DNA of 64,000 nt from Lama glama (Eukaryota), in the NCBI GenBank assembly GCA_028534125.1, contig CM052820.1, positions 44,640,001 through 44,704,000 of the forward strand. Direction: 5' to 3'. Positions within the stretch are counted from its first letter, which is position 1; each line of letters starts with the position of its first letter. This document shows, in pieces, positions 63,401-64,000 of the stretch. The position numbers and the translations under genes were made by a program. The notes below the pieces were generated by a model. That model had not been told where the DNA came from and did no database searches. It worked only from the letters and a program-made list of their open reading frames with translations.

Positions 63401-64000
63401 CATGCCTGATTACATTTTAATGAGCGAGAGAAAAGAAACTAACTCTGGAACCTTTTTCTTATAGATACACCAGGAGAACCAGTTGGGCCAATAAGATTCA
63501 CCAGTATTACTGGAGAGAAGATGACCCTGTGGTGGGATGCTCCACTGAATGACGGCTGTGCTCCTGTAACTCACTACATCATTGAAAAACGGGAAACCAG
63601 TAGACTTGCTTGGGCACTAATTGAGGATAATTGTGAAGGCCACAGCTATACTGCCAGTAAACTAATAACTGGCAACGAATACCAATTCCGTGTTTCTGCA
63701 GTTAATAAATTTGGTGTTGGCAGGCCACTGGATTCTGACCCAGTGGTCGCTCAAATACAGTACAGTGAGTGTCCATTTTTACTAAGTGGTACTATGTCAT
63801 AAGATTCACTTCCAAGCAAACGTGTCTAATGGATTGCTTCTTTGTTTTCATTTTACAGCTATTCCCGATGCCCCTGGCACTCCAGAACCTAGTAACATAA
63901 CAGGCAATAGCATTACCCTGACATGGACAAGGCCAGAATCGGATGGTGGCAATGAAATCCAACAGTATATCCTCGAAAGGAGAGAAAAGAAGAGCACTCG
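1..64000 (+). CDS. TTN: Titin, multi-exon gene segment (I/A junction, D-zone, C-zone C1-C9); partial at both ends
   Basis: Continuous spliced frame of Fn3 (PGPP..W..P..DGGS.I..Y.VE..Y.FRV.A.N) and I-set Ig (G.P.P...W.K..D.G.Y...N..G) domains in 7- and 11-domain super-repeats; diagnostic 17,106-nt exon. Confidence 0.99.
417..603 (+). CDS. TTN: Exon ~263, Fn3 N-part
   Basis: ctacag|..AG|gtatgc, phase 1-2. Confidence 0.95.
1067..1182 (+). CDS. TTN: Exon ~264, Fn3 C-part
   Basis: attcag|..|gtattt; [15 protein letters not shown]. Confidence 0.95.
1268..1567 (+). CDS. TTN: Exon ~265, Fn3
   Basis: 300 nt, ttgcag|..|gtaagt. Confidence 0.96.
1679..1978 (+). CDS. TTN: Exon ~266, Fn3
   Basis: 300 nt, cttcag|..|gtatgc. 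Confidence 0.95.
2072..2177 (+). CDS. TTN: Exon ~267, Fn3 N-part
   Basis: tttcag|..AG|gtagaa; [15 protein letters not shown]. Confidence 0.94.
2272..2468 (+). CDS. TTN: Exon ~268, Fn3 C-part
   Basis: caatag|..|gtaagt. Confidence 0.95.
2553..2858 (+). CDS. TTN: Exon ~269, Fn3
   Basis: 306 nt, tttcag|..|gtaagg. Confidence 0.95.
2956..3234 (+). CDS. TTN: Exon ~270, Ig A1 (start of D1); contains N-gap
   Basis: KPTIDLETH...NVKVI; 279 nt, in frame across the gap. Confidence 0.92.
   Translation, partial: ASQQLIWRLMTLLSLXXXXXXXXXXXXXXXXXXXXXXXXXXXXXXXXXXXXXXXXXXXXXXXXXXXXXXXXXXPLPWRISLAQQLPQSTSKS
3537..3751 (+). mobile_element. MER20-like hAT-Charlie DNA transposon
   Basis: tagtgttctcaaccagggg...catttagtag..gccaaagatgct..aaagattat..gtgaatagt..gagaaa follows the recalled MER20 consensus over ~215 bp. 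Confidence 0.8.
3812..4111 (+). CDS. TTN: Exon ~271, Fn3 A2
   Basis: 300 nt, GT-AG. Confidence 0.95.
4211..4513 (+). CDS. TTN: Exon ~272, Fn3 A3
   Basis: 303 nt, GT-AG. Confidence 0.95.
4625..4987 (+). CDS. TTN: Exon ~273, Ig A4 with ~27-aa loop insertion
   Basis: 363 nt, GT-AG. Confidence 0.95.
5314..5616 (+). CDS. TTN: Exon ~274, Fn3 A5
   Basis: 303 nt, GT-AG. Confidence 0.95.
5749..6048 (+). CDS. TTN: Exon ~275, Fn3 A6
   Basis: 300 nt, GT-AG. Confidence 0.95.
6077..6318 (+). mobile_element. Old L1 (L1MA/MB-type) 3' end fragment
   Basis: gagagtagatcttaa..atggtaattatgtgagg..tatcaaatcat..ttgtacaccttaaa..aataaagctggaaaaaaa. Confidence 0.8.
6534..6830 (+). CDS. TTN: Exon ~276, Fn3 A7
   Basis: 297 nt, GT-AG. 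Confidence 0.95.
6880..7067 (-). mobile_element. Cetartiodactyl-type L1 3' end, antisense
   Basis: Poly-T then aattgaagtatagtcagtttacaatgttgt..atagttccctgtgctatacagta..tctattttata. Confidence 0.85.
7113..7397 (+). CDS. TTN: Exon ~277, Ig A8 (D2)
   Basis: 285 nt, GT-AG. Confidence 0.95.
7599..7784 (+). CDS. TTN: Exon ~278, Fn3 A9 (5' end hidden in N-gap)
   Basis: [17 protein letters not shown]; donor G|gtaaga. Confidence 0.9.
8044..8053. promoter_or_regulatory. MEF2 consensus site
   Basis: CTAAAAATAG = CTA(A/T)4TAG; motif match only. Confidence 0.4.
8195..8451 (+). other. Candidate cryptic or vestigial exon in intron 278, in frame with titin
   Basis: caag|tag acceptor, phase-1 donor at 8323, one TGA at 8335, Pro-rich end, TAA at 8449. 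Confidence 0.4.
8703..8775. promoter_or_regulatory. MCAT + E-box + MEF2-like cluster
   Basis: AGGAATG 8703-8709, CAGCTG 8719-8724, TTAAAATTAG 8766-8775. Confidence 0.4.
9069..9368 (+). CDS. TTN: Exon ~279, Fn3 A10
   Basis: 300 nt, ttaaag|..|gtgtgt. Confidence 0.94.
9476..9784 (+). CDS. TTN: Exon ~280, Ig A11
   Basis: 309 nt, GT-AG. Confidence 0.95.
9873..10063 (+). CDS. TTN: Exon ~281, Fn3 A12 N-part
   Basis: 191 nt, ends phase 0 GGG|gtaaac. Confidence 0.94.
10458..10887 (+). CDS. TTN: Exon ~282, A12 C-part + Fn3 A13
   Basis: 430 nt, ttctag|ATCTGG..|gtaagt. Confidence 0.95.
11979..12287 (+). CDS. TTN: Exon ~283, Fn3 A14
   Basis: 309 nt, GT-AG. Confidence 0.94.
12420..12568 (+). CDS. TTN: Exon ~284, Ig A15 N-part (D3)
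   Basis: 149 nt, ends phase 0. Confidence 0.94.
12655..12687 (+). CDS. TTN: Exon ~285, 33-nt microexon [11 protein letters not shown] inside Ig A15
   Basis: taatag|GATGGG..GCACAG|gtaaaa, phase 0-0; too short for the ORF track. Confidence 0.92.
12804..12933 (+). CDS. TTN: Exon ~286, Ig A15 C-part
   Basis: 130 nt, GT-AG. Confidence 0.95.
13023..13322 (+). CDS. TTN: Exon ~287, Fn3 A16
   Basis: 300 nt, GT-AG. Confidence 0.95.
13416..13733 (+). CDS. TTN: Exon ~288, Fn3 A17
   Basis: 318 nt, GT-AG. Confidence 0.95.
14740..15036 (+). CDS. TTN: Exon ~289, Ig A18
   Basis: 297 nt, GT-AG. Confidence 0.95.
15144..15443 (+). CDS. TTN: Exon ~290, Fn3 A19
   Basis: 300 nt, GT-AG. Confidence 0.95.
15649..15843 (+). 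CDS. TTN: Exon ~291, Fn3 A20 (5' end hidden in N-gap)
   Basis: [16 protein letters not shown]; donor G|gtgaga. Confidence 0.9.
15931..16079 (+). CDS. TTN: Exon ~292, Fn3 A21 N-part
   Basis: 149 nt, ends phase 0. Confidence 0.94.
16489..16825 (-). mobile_element. MER44/Tigger7-type TcMar MITE (centre in N-gap)
   Basis: Terminal inverted repeats ta|cagtagt..ccccttatcc and gataaggaaggactactg; ~337 bp. Confidence 0.8.
16861..17011 (+). CDS. TTN: Exon ~293, Fn3 A21 C-part
   Basis: 151 nt, GT-AG. Confidence 0.94.
17100..17381 (+). CDS. TTN: Exon ~294, Ig A22 (D4)
   Basis: 282 nt, GT-AG. Confidence 0.95.
17460..17890 (-). mobile_element. Possible degraded L1ME-type fragment
   Basis: aaatcacccacaatcccat..accactattagcat and ttgcattttt..tcttgttcatg resemble old L1 3' UTR; highly diverged. 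Confidence 0.4.
18376..18446. repeat. (AT)~18 microsatellite plus 22-bp perfect palindrome
   Basis: Direct read; GAATGAATATATATATTCATTC at 18425-18446. Confidence 0.95.
18675..18977 (+). CDS. TTN: Exon ~295, Fn3 A23
   Basis: 303 nt, GT-AG. Confidence 0.95.
19463..19652 (-). mobile_element. Poly(A)-tailed retroposed fragment (LTR U3-R-like) with 15-17 bp target-site duplication
   Basis: TSD cattctactacattctt at 19446 and 19653; poly-T; minus-strand AATAAA ~13 nt before the tail. Confidence 0.85.
19708..20010 (+). CDS. TTN: Exon ~296, Fn3 A24
   Basis: 303 nt, GT-AG. Confidence 0.95.
20111..20392 (+). CDS. TTN: Exon ~297, Ig A25
   Basis: 282 nt, GT-AG. Confidence 0.95.
20485..20784 (+). CDS. 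TTN: Exon ~298, Fn3 A26
   Basis: 300 nt, GT-AG. Confidence 0.95.
20878..21180 (+). CDS. TTN: Exon ~299, Fn3 A27
   Basis: 303 nt, GT-AG. Confidence 0.95.
21276..21584 (+). CDS. TTN: Exon ~300, Fn3 A28
   Basis: 309 nt; [20 protein letters not shown]; not in the ORF track. Confidence 0.95.
21700..21981 (+). CDS. TTN: Exon ~301, Ig A29 (D5)
   Basis: 282 nt, GT-AG. Confidence 0.95.
22105..22404 (+). CDS. TTN: Exon ~302, Fn3 A30
   Basis: 300 nt, GT-AG. Confidence 0.95.
22488..22781 (+). CDS. TTN: Exon ~303, Fn3 A31
   Basis: 294 nt, GT-AG. Confidence 0.94.
22872..25838 (+). CDS. TTN: Exon 304, ten domains A32-A41 (D5-D6)
   Basis: 2,967 nt; Ig-Fn-Fn-Fn-Ig-Fn-Fn-Ig-Fn-Fn. Confidence 0.97.
26159..26479 (+). 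CDS. TTN: Exon 305, Fn3 A42 (end of D-zone)
   Basis: 321 nt, GT-AG. Confidence 0.95.
26578..26862 (+). CDS. TTN: Exon 306, Ig A43 (start of C1)
   Basis: 285 nt; [12 protein letters not shown]. Confidence 0.95.
26964..27263 (+). CDS. TTN: Exon 307, Fn3 A44
   Basis: 300 nt, GT-AG. Confidence 0.95.
27439..27533 (-). mobile_element. tRNA-derived SINE, Vic-1-like (camelid)
   Basis: Minus strand GGGGAGGGTAGAGCTTAGTGGTAGA..GAGGTCCTGAGTTCAATCCCCAGTACCTCCATT + A-tail; Pol III A and B boxes. Confidence 0.88.
27692..27994 (+). CDS. TTN: Exon 308, Fn3 A45
   Basis: 303 nt, GT-AG. Confidence 0.95.
28118..28361 (-). mobile_element. MER103-like hAT-Charlie element
   Basis: actctgatattttc..acccactaatgggttgcaa..tgaaaaacact matches the reverse complement of the recalled MER103C consensus. 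Confidence 0.75.
28430..28705 (+). CDS. TTN: Exon 309, Ig A46
   Basis: 276 nt, GT-AG. Confidence 0.95.
28809..29108 (+). CDS. TTN: Exon 310, Fn3 A47
   Basis: 300 nt, GT-AG. Confidence 0.95.
29200..29502 (+). CDS. TTN: Exon 311, Fn3 A48
   Basis: 303 nt, GT-AG. Confidence 0.95.
29655..29954 (+). CDS. TTN: Exon 312, Fn3 A49
   Basis: 300 nt, GT-AG. Confidence 0.95.
30050..30340 (+). mobile_element. Degraded L1ME/MC-type 3' end
   Basis: aaaaagcagtatacaaa..tttacttttttctttatacttt..atttcttttgtaat + A-run. Confidence 0.5.
30446..30733 (+). CDS. TTN: Exon 313, Ig A50
   Basis: 288 nt, GT-AG. Confidence 0.95.
30865..31050 (-). mobile_element. MIR-family SINE
   Basis: ttagagatca..attttacacatgaggaaa..ttaagtaactt..cccaggtctct core. 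Confidence 0.7.
31099..31395 (+). CDS. TTN: Exon 314, Fn3 A51
   Basis: 297 nt, GT-AG. Confidence 0.95.
31484..31786 (+). CDS. TTN: Exon 315, Fn3 A52
   Basis: 303 nt, GT-AG. Confidence 0.95.
31888..32193 (+). CDS. TTN: Exon 316, Fn3 A53
   Basis: 306 nt, GT-AG. Confidence 0.95.
33042..33329 (+). CDS. TTN: Exon 317, Ig A54 (C2)
   Basis: 288 nt, GT-AG. Confidence 0.95.
33425..33715 (+). CDS. TTN: Exon 318, Fn3 A55
   Basis: 291 nt, GT-AG. Confidence 0.95.
33805..34092 (+). CDS. TTN: Exon 319, Fn3 A56
   Basis: 288 nt, GT-AG. Confidence 0.95.
34255..34842 (+). CDS. TTN: Exon 320, Ig A57 + Fn3 A58 (N-gap inside)
   Basis: 588 nt, in frame across the gap. Confidence 0.92.
34944..35048 (+). CDS. 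TTN: Exon 321, Fn3 A59 N-part
   Basis: 105 nt; [22 protein letters not shown]. Confidence 0.94.
35513..35710 (+). CDS. TTN: Exon 322, Fn3 A59 C-part
   Basis: 198 nt, GT-AG. Confidence 0.94.
35832..36128 (+). CDS. TTN: Exon 323, Fn3 A60
   Basis: 297 nt, GT-AG. Confidence 0.95.
36217..36804 (+). CDS. TTN: Exon 324, Ig A61 + Fn3 A62
   Basis: 588 nt, GT-AG. Confidence 0.95.
36896..37198 (+). CDS. TTN: Exon 325, Fn3 A63
   Basis: 303 nt, donor T|gttagt. Confidence 0.94.
37307..54412 (+). CDS. TTN: Exon 326, giant exon, 58 domains A64-A121 (end of C2, C3-C7, start of C8)
   Basis: tttcag|ACCC..ACAG|gtatgt; 17,106 nt (5,702 codons), single ORF. Confidence 0.98.
55031..55327 (+). CDS. TTN: Exon 327, Fn3 A122
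   Basis: 297 nt, GT-AG. Confidence 0.95.
55430..55895 (+). CDS. TTN: Exon 328, Ig A123 + Fn3 A124 (3' end hidden in N-gap, expected near 56017)
   Basis: [16 protein letters not shown]. Confidence 0.9.
56107..56409 (+). CDS. TTN: Exon 329, Fn3 A125
   Basis: 303 nt, GT-AG. Confidence 0.94.
56526..56822 (+). CDS. TTN: Exon 330, Fn3 A126
   Basis: 297 nt; [18 protein letters not shown]. Confidence 0.95.
56935..57062 (+). mobile_element. MIR-family fragment
   Basis: actagctgg..tcttagg..ccttaacccctct..ctgtaaaa..ttttatgatt. Confidence 0.6.
57195..57396 (-). mobile_element. MIR-family fragment
   Basis: tagctaacatttact..ttttacagaagagaaactgagg. Confidence 0.7.
58195..58482 (+). CDS. TTN: Exon 331, Ig A127
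   Basis: 288 nt, GT-AG. Confidence 0.95.
58595..58894 (+). CDS. TTN: Exon 332, Fn3 A128
   Basis: 300 nt, GT-AG. Confidence 0.95.
59166..59468 (+). CDS. TTN: Exon 333, Fn3 A129
   Basis: 303 nt, GT-AG. Confidence 0.95.
59558..59863 (+). CDS. TTN: Exon 334, Fn3 A130
   Basis: 306 nt, GT-AG. Confidence 0.95.
59977..61743 (+). CDS. TTN: Exon 335, six domains A131-A136 (C9)
   Basis: 1,767 nt; Ig-Fn-Fn-Ig-Fn-Fn. Confidence 0.96.
62072..62365 (+). CDS. TTN: Exon 336, Fn3 A137
   Basis: 294 nt, GT-AG. Confidence 0.95.
62430..62507 (+). mobile_element. MIR core fragment
   Basis: atctgtaaaatggg..ggctgtt..ggatgaattagatg. Confidence 0.6.
63060..63347 (+). CDS. TTN: Exon 337, Ig A138
   Basis: 288 nt, GT-AG. 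Confidence 0.95.
63465..63764 (+). CDS. TTN: Exon 338, Fn3 A139
   Basis: 300 nt, GT-AG. Confidence 0.95.
63859..64000 (+). CDS. TTN: Exon 339 (partial), Fn3 A140
   Basis: ttacag|..[15 protein letters not shown]; runs off the window. Confidence 0.94.

Noticed and set aside
1-64000. U12 or GC-AG introns, CRISPR arrays, prokaryotic systems
   Set aside because: All visible junctions are GT-AG with no GTATCCTT donors, and the repeats are protein-domain repeats in a mammalian gene.

Overview
This window is mammalian genomic DNA from the A-band part of titin (TTN, + strand). A tRNA-derived Vic-1-type SINE points to a camelid. I mapped 78 GT-AG exons by hand; they correspond to human meta-transcript exons ~262-339, anchored on exons of 2,967, 17,106 and 1,767 nt (human exons 304, 326, 335). 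They encode the six-Fn3 run at the I/A junction, all six 7-domain D-zone super-repeats (A1-A42), C-zone 11-domain super-repeats C1-C8 and most of C9. Introns hold ordinary eutherian repeats (MER20, MER44, MER103, L1 3' ends, MIR) and two younger insertions. Twelve N-gaps keep exact length and frame. The most intriguing unexplained signal is in intron 278: an exon-like segment (8195-8451) in frame with titin, with phase-1 splice sites, an in-frame ATG, one internal TGA and a PPPPLPPPR tail, flanked by MEF2, MCAT and E-box motifs. It could be a cryptic cassette, terminal or internal first exon. Exon numbers, domain names and repeat family names come from recall and counting, not database searches.
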